A DNA stretch of 64,000 nt, taken from the sequence record OU343167.1; one strand, given 5' to 3'. This document shows positions 27,443-35,816 of the stretch, in pieces. The first letter of the stretch is position 1. Every line of letters begins with the position of its first letter. The translations under genes and the position numbers were made by a program. The notes under the pieces are model-generated. The model was not told the DNA's origin. It saw nothing but the letters and a program-made list of their open reading frames with translations, and did no database searches.

Positions 27443-28185
27443 TCGTCTTTATCAACTTCGATACCGTTATCTCCGGGACGAATCATGGAGAAATATTTAG
27501 CATCTATAAATTCAAAGTCCATGTGAATCAGCCGCTCGACCCTGAACTTAAATAGTTCAAACTTCTTCTCCTCGATAGTGAGTTTACTAACGTCACGTTC
27601 GAAGAGTTTAGGTCCAATAAAATTGAAGCATGGCATTTGAACTTTAGACAAAGCAAGATAATGAGTGTGCATCCATTCATGGAAATCGTAAGTGATATAC
27701 ATCGCATAGAGAGCATCCAAGAATTTAGGTGTGAGCTCTTCTAATGGATGACTAACTACTTCCACGGGCATTTCTTCGCCGTATATTTCTTGGATGATAT
27801 TTTCAAGATCATCGATAACTTCACCAGGTAACGTGTAAGGCCAGATGTTGATCGTAAGACCAATCTCGTCTTCAGGATTACCCATGTTATCCATTCTGTT
27901 TACATGATCTTCCGCGAGAATTCGCATCAAGAACGGACTGATACCTGTTAGGATAGAAGCGTTGATAGTATCAGCGGAATTATCTCCGCCTCTATTAGCA
28001 TACGCTTCTTTGAATTGCTCCGTTGTAACAAGACCACCTGTTAGAGTGGTCCAGTCATCATTTTCACGAAGCCAATATTCCTTAGTGGAAACCAACCGTT
28101 CTGCTGCCTCCTTGTTAATTGTAGACATGACTCCAAGACGGGTGTCAAGTAATACATCAAGAGGTATCAGAATACGTTTGATCAT
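27424..28185 (-). CDS. Hypothetical protein (253 aa), weak HAD-like N-terminal motif
   Basis: Long ORF; ILIPLDVLLDT resembles HAD motif I; ATGA overlap with the upstream gene. Confidence 0.7.
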   Translation of the reverse strand: MIKRILIPLDVLLDTRLGVMSTINKEAAERLVSTKEYWLRENDDWTTLTGGLVTTEQFKEAYANRGGDNSADTINASILTGISPFLMRILAEDHVNRMDNMGNPEDEIGLTINIWPYTLPGEVIDDLENIIQEIYGEEMPVEVVSHPLEELTPKFLDALYAMYITYDFHEWMHTHYLALSKVQMPCFNFIGPKLFERDVSKLTIEEKKFELFKFRVERLIHMDFEFIDAKYFSMIRPGDNGIEVDKDDIKAQG

Positions 28186-28658
28186 TTCATTTTCGCCTGT
28201 GCAATAATGTTATTTACATGGCGAAGTTGCGTAGATGCATATACAAGGAAGAACAACCAGTGATTTTGCTGTAGCGTACCATAGAGTTCATCTACATTAG
28301 CTGCTTTACCCAGTAACTCCCTATCGACCATTGCCGAATCAGGTGTGAATGGAACCAAGCGTCTAGTGAGATACTCAATTGCTACATCAATGTTTTCAAT
28401 TTCTAAAGTGAATGTAGTGGTGGTAGACAGAAGAGCACCCAATACATCCTGCTTAGAACGGATACCTGACCAAATCTGATTAATGATAACTCTATCATTA
28501 AAACTAGAAATCATCATATTGTTTCTAAGTTCGTTAATATGCTCTAGAATTTGAGCAATAACGAGATCATCATCAACAGATACCAATTCACTAATTGCAA
28601 CACCTAATGCATTCTGCAATACTTCGCTAATACCTTCTTCCGCATTCTTAATAGCCAT
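28182..28658 (-). CDS. Hypothetical protein (158 aa)
   Basis: ORF between the RNAP subunit and 27424 with tight spacing. Confidence 0.75.
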   Translation of the reverse strand: MAIKNAEEGISEVLQNALGVAISELVSVDDDLVIAQILEHINELRNNMMISSFNDRVIINQIWSGIRSKQDVLGALLSTTTTFTLEIENIDVAIEYLTRRLVPFTPDSAMVDRELLGKAANVDELYGTLQQNHWLFFLVYASTQLRHVNNIIAQAKMK

Positions 28659-28660
28659 GA

Positions 28661-29335
28661 TTACCCCACTAGGTTATTCTGTAAATGCATGGCCTTCAAA
28701 TAGACGGACATGGTTTTGTTAGATTTAACTTGAGAAGGCGTCTCGGCCATAATGGAATCGAGAGAAGCTTCACCTGTTTCAATGATGGATCGATTCATAG
28801 CGTTATATGCCTTTTCATCACCACCACGAAACTTAATCAGTTCGAGAACCATGTTGTTAAGACCTTTAGAGGCGTTAACCTGAATCTCAGGGGCAGATAG
28901 ACGTGCACCTTTACTATCACCAGTTGCCTGTCCAGAACGCTCGTCAACAACAGTATTAGAACCTGGGATAGAAGCTTTCTTAGCTAGCATCTGAACCTGC
29001 CGACGAAGCGGAACCATACCAACTAGGTGTTTATTCTGAGTCTTATAAACTTGACCAGTGCCCGGATCAGTTAAGATAAGGTGTTGGAATAGTTCAAAAC
29101 CAAGAGCATCAGCTACTTTATAATTCTGAGCGATACTTAGAGTCGGTTCTTCTAAGTTAGGAGCGTAGAGAGCCAGCACTTCACCTGCCTCTAGACGTTC
29201 CATCCATTCAAAAAACTCTTCGTCAGAATAACGGTCAAAAAGTTCTTGATAGATTTTAACGTTCTCGCTTCCTGGTCGGAACATGTCGATGAAGTATAGA
29301 ATTTCTTTTTCAAGGACTTTACGATCGGGTTTCAT
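28661..29335 (-). CDS. Virion RNA polymerase beta-like subunit, C-terminal split fragment (gp149-like)
   Basis: GQATGDSKGARLSAPE...LELIKFRGGD resembles the RpoB C-terminal GQRFGEME...ELLTxKSDD region; synteny. Confidence 0.8.
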   Translation of the reverse strand: MKPDRKVLEKEILYFIDMFRPGSENVKIYQELFDRYSDEEFFEWMERLEAGEVLALYAPNLEEPTLSIAQNYKVADALGFELFQHLILTDPGTGQVYKTQNKHLVGMVPLRRQVQMLAKKASIPGSNTVVDERSGQATGDSKGARLSAPEIQVNASKGLNNMVLELIKFRGGDEKAYNAMNRSIIETGEASLDSIMAETPSQVKSNKTMSVYLKAMHLQNNLVG

Positions 29336-29370
29336 AGTTACCTCTACAAATCAAATGAGCATACGATTAC

Positions 29371-29691
29371 TCAGATTGATTTAGACTCGCAGTGATACAT
29401 TGGCTGTGCAGCAGCGTCTGTACATGGAGGTAACCGCTTTTTACGGAACAGCGGAATGAAATTAGCAGCGAAGTTACGCCACCATGCTTCAAAATCATTC
29501 ACTTCATTTAGGGTACAACGTAATTCCAGGGTGTTGATTTTGTATTGAGCCAACAACAGATGGAAGAATTGATTAAGAGTTGCAAGATCCTTGATTTCGG
29601 GCATGCGTCTATACAGATCTTCAGCAACCTCTACATCAAGAGCACGGGTACGCTGAAAAATAACAGCGCGATAATCGATGGTATTAGACAT
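29371..29691 (-). CDS. Hypothetical protein (106 aa)
   Basis: ORF in the minus-strand operon. Confidence 0.65.
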   Translation of the reverse strand: MSNTIDYRAVIFQRTRALDVEVAEDLYRRMPEIKDLATLNQFFHLLLAQYKINTLELRCTLNEVNDFEAWWRNFAANFIPLFRKKRLPPCTDAAAQPMYHCESKSI

Positions 29692-29713
29692 AATTTGTTT
29701 CCTGATCGGGTAA

Positions 29714-30061
29714 CTACTCTATTTCGCCTAGGTAGTTTACCTCAGTTATTTCTTTTAAAAATTTAACGAGAATGTGTCGATGGCAAAACTTACCAGCTGG
29801 ACAGTAACATCCTAGTGCAACCTTGTCCAACTCAGTCAGCCATTCGAAGTAATCTGGGAATGCAGCGTATCGTTCAGAGAGGATGTCCATATACGCATCC
29901 TCATATTGCTCATCTGTAATGGCGCCGGCTTTATGTCCCATTACCATATTCCAGGTAGGGGCAAGTAATTCCTCACCACTTTTTATAGTTGTATCCAAAG
30001 GAAAGATATGTTTCTGTCTAACCTTTCGCCATTTAGCGATTTGATAAGTATAGACGTTCAT
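29714..30061 (-). CDS. DUF488-like protein (115 aa)
   Basis: LAPT...Y...Y..L and VALGCYC....CHRHIL match the DUF488 pattern; AGGT SD. Confidence 0.65.
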   Translation of the reverse strand: MNVYTYQIAKWRKVRQKHIFPLDTTIKSGEELLAPTWNMVMGHKAGAITDEQYEDAYMDILSERYAAFPDYFEWLTELDKVALGCYCPAGKFCHRHILVKFLKEITEVNYLGEIE

Positions 30062-30077
30062 TGGAATACCTACTTGA

Positions 30078-30106
30078 CATAGAGGGAGCTAATGCTCCCG
30101 TCTATG
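30078..30106 (-). terminator. Hairpin with CATA...TATG flanks
   Basis: CATAGA-GGGAGC-TAAT-GCTCCC-G-TCTATG between co-oriented minus-strand genes. Confidence 0.7.
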
Positions 30107-30109
30107 ATA

Positions 30110-30502
30110 TTAATCACAACAACTGCTATCGCTACTTGAACCACTATCGGTAGTATCGCTAGAAAGGGCCACAGCAGCTCCTACAGCGAAGATTGTGTTG
30201 GACAGGTCCATATCCTCGGCTCCTCTACCAGAAGCGTAACCACGGCCTTCTGGGATCCTTAAAGGTTGAACCTGTTTTGATTCGTTTGCTCTATAGCGCT
30301 CGTACCATTCTTTTGCTGGGTCAGATAAAGTGGATCTATATTTTTCACTGCCCATTTCAATGGCTTCGCGTGCCAAAGAGATCTGTTCGCATTTACCCAA
30401 ATCCCCGCGCTCGGCAGGGATAGGTTCAACGATCACAACTCCTTCTTTAGGCAGCTTTCGCTTTGGCCAGATCCAACGGAATAATCTTAGCACGTTCATC
30501 AT
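30110..30502 (-). CDS. Hypothetical protein (130 aa) with Ser-rich tail
   Basis: Fills the gap between uvsX and the hairpin; overlaps the uvsX 3' end by 56 nt. Confidence 0.6.
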   Translation of the reverse strand: MMNVLRLFRWIWPKRKLPKEGVVIVEPIPAERGDLGKCEQISLAREAIEMGSEKYRSTLSDPAKEWYERYRANESKQVQPLRIPEGRGYASGRGAEDMDLSNTIFAVGAAVALSSDTTDSGSSSDSSCCD

Positions 30503-31886
30503 CAGTCATCCAGTAAGGTTTATAGTCACCGGTACGCATACGAAGAAGATCGTAGGTCGAAAGGAATTTCTTATCGGTGAGAGCTTCGTCTTCTTCACAC
30601 ATCCAATAGCCACGAGTCGTATTCAGGATCATATCCCAATCATAACCCATCGCTTTCAGATCTTCGTACAGTGTCTTTGGATCACATACATCTTCAGCCG
30701 TCCAACGCTGGAACTGGATCAACTGAAGCATCTCAGATTGAATTTCAACAGCCCGACGAAGGGATTCGTTTTCCATAAGCTTCTTACGTACAGTGGTACG
30801 ACTAAGCTTGATATCTGGGCAAAGTTCAATGTAGTAGTTCAGAAGGTTACCACCAATACCCCAACCATTTTCTTTGCAGTAATGGAACTCAGTGAGCGAA
30901 GGAAGTACACCTTCAGTCTGAGAAACTACGATATGGAAAGGAAGGCCAGTAATACCACCTTTACCACGAAGGTTCATTACCTCCAGAATCTTAAGATCGG
31001 TATCCCCTTCCATTGCGGTCGAGTTATCGATCGGATACAGAGGCATCTTCTCTTTGTTAACAAGGGGTTTGTTAGACTCGATAGAGAATACGTTGTTAGG
31101 CAGCGAATAGAAGCCAGAACTAACGCCTTTAAGAACCGTATCTTTCTTCATGTGGGAAAGATTACGTTTATCAGTCGGGTACATCTCCATTTGGATGATG
31201 TCACCAGTGTGCGCAGTCAGTACGATATAAGTACCGGTCTTAGCACATACCTGAGGCAATTGGTTGAACAGCTGGTTCTTAGCCTTACCATTAGTCATGG
31301 CATCGGTGTTGTTACCAGATGCACCGATAGCATTCTTCTCGTACATATCCGATACGGCAGTAACGATAAACTTCGAGAAACTATCGATCAGGCCAGTTGT
31401 CGGGTACATGCATTTCTTGTTGTTACCTTCAACATCAAGGAACGGAGTAGTGCGCTGATATTCTTTTTCTGCTTTCTCTTTCTCACCAAGTGCTGTACGG
31501 AAGAGTTTAAAGAACTCATCGCCGGTATATCGAGAAAGGTCAGTGAACATGAATTGCTCGTCATGTTCCCAATCGATCTTTTGCAGATCACTGAATTGAG
31601 CTGCAAGACTACTGAAACGTGCAACCGGGTTCAAGGTACCCTCGGTATCATAGATCATGCCATGGGAACCCGGCATAGCTCGACGAACCATCGCTAGCAT
31701 ATACACAGCGAGTGCAGTTTTAAAGTTGTTAGGTCGAGATGCGATACCGGTCATCGGACCGAGACCACCGTTACAGATCATCTCGCCGTGTTTACCTTGT
31801 TCATATTTACCAGTGGATACATCCATCAGGCAGCCGATATTAACCGCCGGGCGGAAGGCCGGACGTTGGAAGTGTTTAGCGAACAT
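30447..31886 (-). CDS. uvsX: UvsX/RecA-like recombinase (gp152-like)
   Basis: Atypical P-loop GIASRPNNFKTAL, YDTEGT, Walker-B GLIDSFS; size and synteny. Confidence 0.75.
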   Translation of the reverse strand: MFAKHFQRPAFRPAVNIGCLMDVSTGKYEQGKHGEMICNGGLGPMTGIASRPNNFKTALAVYMLAMVRRAMPGSHGMIYDTEGTLNPVARFSSLAAQFSDLQKIDWEHDEQFMFTDLSRYTGDEFFKLFRTALGEKEKAEKEYQRTTPFLDVEGNNKKCMYPTTGLIDSFSKFIVTAVSDMYEKNAIGASGNNTDAMTNGKAKNQLFNQLPQVCAKTGTYIVLTAHTGDIIQMEMYPTDKRNLSHMKKDTVLKGVSSGFYSLPNNVFSIESNKPLVNKEKMPLYPIDNSTAMEGDTDLKILEVMNLRGKGGITGLPFHIVVSQTEGVLPSLTEFHYCKENGWGIGGNLLNYYIELCPDIKLSRTTVRKKLMENESLRRAVEIQSEMLQLIQFQRWTAEDVCDPKTLYEDLKAMGYDWDMILNTTRGYWMCEEDEALTDKKFLSTYDLLRMRTGDYKPYWMTDDERAKIIPLDLAKAKAA

Positions 31887-31933
31887 TGATATTACCTTTT
31901 AGTGATTAGCCAATCACTTTATTGATATTGAGA

Positions 31934-31944
31934 GTAATTTTATG
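31934..31944. promoter_or_regulatory. Back-to-back candidate middle promoter (AAAATTAC, minus) and late promoter (TATG, plus)
   Basis: GTAATTTT 31934-31941 overlaps TATG 31941-31944 in the divergent uvsX / head-gene intergenic; matches the phiKZ middle (AAanntTAC) and late (TATG) motifs. Confidence 0.45.
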
Positions 31945-31984
31945 TTTAGAGAATTCGCAACTCTTGTGCCATAGGAAAACAACC

Positions 31985-32953
31985 ATGATTAAAAATGTTC
32001 TTAATAAATACACTGAGAAGGTCTCCAATGAAAACGTCCAGACTGATGACGTTATCTTTGATAGTTCTCAGAATAAGTTCTTCACTGAGGGTGATCCTCA
32101 AGCAGCAGAGCAAACCCCTGAAACAGAAGTTCTTCCTGTAGATCAAACTCCTACAGACAAACTATTCGATGCTCTGGGTACAATTTCCACTGAAGCTGGT
32201 TTCATTGGTAATGTTTCTAATTGGTTTGCCCGTAAAGTATCCAATATGGGAGTTCATATTAAAGACGGTTTCCGTTATCTGACTACGTGGAACTATGATC
32301 CGCTTCTACCTCTTAATCCTCTATCCATGAAAGGCTTTGTGGCTACTCTGGATTATTTCGAAGTTGAGAAAGAGATTGTTCCGCAACCAGCTGGCTTTAA
32401 AGGCGAAATGCTTCCATATACCGCTGGTCTGGTATCGCGTGCACAGGTAATGGCGCAAGTAGTAGAGAAGGTTATTCGACCCGCGACATCTCGTTTTGGT
32501 CATTATCTGACTACTCCAGAAGATCGTGCAGAACGTCGAGACTTCCAATACGGTATCGATATTGATAAATCGATTGACCAGCTTATTAAAGAAGACGCTC
32601 AGTTCTTTGCTAATAACCGCCAGTCAACTGTTGCATTTGGTAAGATTTACAGTTCGATGAATGACTTCTATGAATCTGAACAACATATGTTCGAGATTAA
32701 TACCATTCTTAAAGGTGGTGAAACCTCTACCGTTAAGAGTGCAGTAGAAGCATTAAGTCAAACTGTAACTGCTTTGATGGAACGGATCGGTAAAGAAGGC
32801 GATATCAAAACATCCAGCGAGTTCGCTAAGATGATGTCTGAGGAACTAACCCAAGTAGCTAAGTGGGTAGAGTGGTTCTCCATTCAAATGACACGAATTA
32901 TTGAAACCAATAATGTCTTAGCTGAAACAGAGAAACATCTTCGTTCTCTGTAA
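31985..32953 (+). CDS. Virion (probably head) protein, gp153-like position (322 aa)
   Basis: AGGA SD at ATG 31985; acidic N-terminus ending ISTE-AG (protease motif). Confidence 0.7.
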   Translation: MIKNVLNKYTEKVSNENVQTDDVIFDSSQNKFFTEGDPQAAEQTPETEVLPVDQTPTDKLFDALGTISTEAGFIGNVSNWFARKVSNMGVHIKDGFRYLTTWNYDPLLPLNPLSMKGFVATLDYFEVEKEIVPQPAGFKGEMLPYTAGLVSRAQVMAQVVEKVIRPATSRFGHYLTTPEDRAERRDFQYGIDIDKSIDQLIKEDAQFFANNRQSTVAFGKIYSSMNDFYESEQHMFEINTILKGGETSTVKSAVEALSQTVTALMERIGKEGDIKTSSEFAKMMSEELTQVAKWVEWFSIQMTRIIETNNVLAETEKHLRSL

Positions 32954-32958
32954 GACAA

Positions 32959-32990
32959 CATATTGCCCCACCTAATGGTGGGGCTTTATG
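32959..32990. terminator. Bidirectional terminator, CATA...TATG family
   Basis: CATA-TT-GCCCCACC-TAAT-GGTGGGGC-TT-TATG between convergent genes. Confidence 0.85.
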
Positions 32991-32993
32991 CCG

Positions 32994-33404
32994 TTAAGCT
33001 GTCGCCTGACGTTCCTTCATGCAATGGTGTACTAATTGCTTAAGTTCTTTAACGAAAGTTTCCTTGTCTGTATATAGAAGCCAGCAGGGAGTCTTTCGAG
33101 CGATCCTTTCGAAGTACTTGTCAGATTCAAGATCAACCTTCTCGATAGGGAGGATACCTTTCCAAACGTAAGGTCCAAATAACGTTGGTAAGCGTAAGGC
33201 GCTTTCATCCCTCACGAGACGCATCACTGAATTAAGCGAAGATATCCGCTCGCATTCGTGATCGCGACACTGCACCAGTGCGGCATGCAATGACGCCATT
33301 ACGCACATCCGTTTGAAGCCGTTATCCAGGTGATTCCAGATGAAAACCCAGAATGTCCTGAATGGATTTTCATCCAGCCTCAAGAATCTGCTAATAAGGC
33401 TCAT
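32994..33404 (-). CDS. Hypothetical protein (136 aa)
   Basis: ORF downstream of RNase H in the same operon. Confidence 0.7.
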   Translation of the reverse strand: MSLISRFLRLDENPFRTFWVFIWNHLDNGFKRMCVMASLHAALVQCRDHECERISSLNSVMRLVRDESALRLPTLFGPYVWKGILPIEKVDLESDKYFERIARKTPCWLLYTDKETFVKELKQLVHHCMKERQATA

Positions 33405-33414
33405 GAGTTACCCA

Positions 33415-34860
33415 CTATTTTTTCAAAATGAACTGTGTGTACGGTGCTTCATAGATGGCAGAACCATCATCAGTTACAAACACAGTCGAGTATGAATAGG
33501 CTAACGGACCCGTAGCTACAATCAGTACTTCCACTTTAACACCCTCGCAGCTGATTCGAGCGAGTTGGTTACGAGAAGGAATATCGATTGTCAATGCCAA
33601 TCGGAGTGATACCTTCTGTCCTTTATAATCGATAGGAATATCGAGATATGGTGTATTTTGAGTGATAGACTTCTTAAGTTGGGTTACCGTCTTCTTACCG
33701 CTCTGTACAGTTTCATACAGGTGATCGGTAATGTCGATTTTATAAACCGACTCTCCTATCGTTCCCGCCGTGTATTCCGCCAAACGACGTTCCAGCACGT
33801 TAAACATGCTTACCGCATCGTTAGCCATACGTGGTGGGTTGAGAGTCCTACTAATGAGACCCATATCTGGAGTTGCAAGAACAAAGATGTCATCAAAACG
33901 TACAAGAGCATCAAGCCCAAGTGATTCGATTTGCTGGCGTTGCTTTGCTCCACAAGCATTACCCAGATTGAGAATACCGAGTTCTGGGAGGTCAGTCCCA
34001 AATGCTTTCGTATGTAGTTCAATTAGATTCTCTAAATACTCGTCAGGTTCCCGAGATTTATAGACTCCAAAGGTTGCTTCGGAAATCCTTCTCCCAAGTA
34101 GCAAATCTGCTTTGGCCAATTTATCTTTGGCAGTATCCCTAGGACGATGGCCCGCATTATGCATACTTCCGAGGTTGTACATGTAGTAGGTCCCATCCGA
34201 GGGTTTCCCACTATTAATTCCAAAGAGCAGACGGGACTCCAGGATCAGTGGATTCATCTGAACTTTTTTCAGCTTGTTGATGGCATCGCCTTCAACCTTA
34301 ACTGTTTTAGGTGTAACCGAAGCACCGCCTCCGCGTAGCGCATTGACGTCAGCCTTCTCGTTGCCTATATCTCCCGAATGGCCTTTAACCCATTTGAGTT
34401 CCAGTTTGCGGTCGTTCTTAAGCCAATCCATCTTTTGCTGGTTCAGAGCAATCCATAGATCTTTGTTGGCTACAGGATTACCATCTACCTTAACCCAATT
34501 ATTTTTTATCCATTTTGGGAGATAAGATTCGAGACCTTTTCTGACATACTCACTATCCATAAGCATGGTTAGTTTAGTAGCCTTAGAGGCATCTGCAATC
34601 TTAAAGCCGTTAATCGCAGCACTAAGCTCAGCGGTGTTGTTCGTCGGATTATCGACTACCTTACCGAAGGAGTCGATATATTCAATAACCGTACAAGTAT
34701 CCTCGGCACCGACATCCTGATAACCCGATGCAGTTGGCTGCTGTTTTGTAGCAGCTTTAGACTTCATCGGTGTATTGGTGTAAGTGTAACCATGGACTCC
34801 CCAACCAGCTAGACCTTGACGGAATGATCCATCTGTGTATAGCACTATACCGTCGCACAT
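33415..34860 (-). CDS. rnhA: RNase HI domain with long C-terminal extension (gp155-like, 481 aa)
   Basis: YTDGS, TNNTAEL, DSEYV, WVKGHSG..GNE.AD: complete RNase HI motifs. Confidence 0.92.
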   Translation of the reverse strand: MCDGIVLYTDGSFRQGLAGWGVHGYTYTNTPMKSKAATKQQPTASGYQDVGAEDTCTVIEYIDSFGKVVDNPTNNTAELSAAINGFKIADASKATKLTMLMDSEYVRKGLESYLPKWIKNNWVKVDGNPVANKDLWIALNQQKMDWLKNDRKLELKWVKGHSGDIGNEKADVNALRGGGASVTPKTVKVEGDAINKLKKVQMNPLILESRLLFGINSGKPSDGTYYMYNLGSMHNAGHRPRDTAKDKLAKADLLLGRRISEATFGVYKSREPDEYLENLIELHTKAFGTDLPELGILNLGNACGAKQRQQIESLGLDALVRFDDIFVLATPDMGLISRTLNPPRMANDAVSMFNVLERRLAEYTAGTIGESVYKIDITDHLYETVQSGKKTVTQLKKSITQNTPYLDIPIDYKGQKVSLRLALTIDIPSRNQLARISCEGVKVEVLIVATGPLAYSYSTVFVTDDGSAIYEAPYTQFILKK

Positions 34861-34902
34861 TGTTTTTTACCTCTGTCAACAGACTCTTAACTAAAGTATA
34901 AA

Positions 34903-35322
34903 TCAGTCGAGTTTTCTTTGACAGTGATCCAACCACTTTTGGTGGGCTTGCTCTATCTTGGATCGTTCGGCAACATTGTACGCACGAAGTTCGGCTACAT
35001 ACTCCGAGAGTTTCCGATCGATTTCTTCTGAAGACTGCGCACTCGCTAATTCTTCTTCGTTCGGTTTCTCGGGGAGTAAAGCAGCACGTGGGAGTACAAA
35101 CGGTTCACAGCTTGCTAACGGACGCTTTTGTTCTGTGACAGGTGTTTGTATAACTCGTTCTTTCACTTCCGTTATTGTTTTAATTTGCGGCTGGCTAAAT
35201 TCCCAGCTGGAAGTTGTCTTTTGCTGAACCACAGTCTGTGTGGTGTACCTCGGTGCATAAATAACGCAACCAGAAAGAGTCAAACAAAGTACTAGTAAAT
35301 ATTTTTTAGACATGTGGTTCAC
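34903..35322 (-). CDS. Lipoprotein (139 aa)
   Basis: MSKKYLLVLCLTLSG-C lipobox; Pro-rich segment then coiled coil. Confidence 0.75.
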   Translation of the reverse strand: MNHMSKKYLLVLCLTLSGCVIYAPRYTTQTVVQQKTTSSWEFSQPQIKTITEVKERVIQTPVTEQKRPLASCEPFVLPRAALLPEKPNEEELASAQSSEEIDRKLSEYVAELRAYNVAERSKIEQAHQKWLDHCQRKLD

Positions 35323-35339
35323 CTACAGCCCATTAAAGG

Positions 35340-35627
35340 TTATTTCAGAATTTCACCCAGAAGCTTTCGCCTGGCTTGAAGCGATTCGACAGAGTCTACA
35401 TCGCATACACATTCCGGACGTTGTTTCAACTTCCAGTTCTCTGACTTAACATCATTCAACTCGCCGATAGTTAACATGAGCGACATGGCCAAGACCAGTA
35501 CCATCGCAAACATAAACGTAACGTGCTTGTTTTCCAGCATCACTTCACGGACAGTACGATCACCGAAGATCGCCCGTTTCAGGAAGGGCCACAACAGGAG
35601 CAAGGCTTTTGCAGTTAAACTGAGCAT
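35340..35627 (-). CDS. Small inner-membrane protein (95 aa)
   Basis: TM VTFMFAMVLVLAMSLMLTI then a short coiled coil with CVC; GAGGA SD. Confidence 0.7.
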   Translation of the reverse strand: MLSLTAKALLLLWPFLKRAIFGDRTVREVMLENKHVTFMFAMVLVLAMSLMLTIGELNDVKSENWKLKQRPECVCDVDSVESLQARRKLLGEILK

Positions 35628-35816
35628 GATTTCCTCTGTTCAGTTAGACATTGCGCCTACCCATAAAAGCCGTGGATGGCTGAGATCAATAGACATTAAA
35701 GACAATATACTAACCGTTTAAAAGCATTAGTATACCCGACGTTTTAAATAAGCACAAGCGGAGTGACTGATTTTATAGATGGAAGACCATCGATCTCTCG
35801 CTCATGAGGATAGCAC

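Noticed and set aside
30330-31697. 455-aa plus-strand ORF opposite uvsX
   Set aside because: Antisense shadow with no recognisable motifs or promoter; uvsX explains the sequence.
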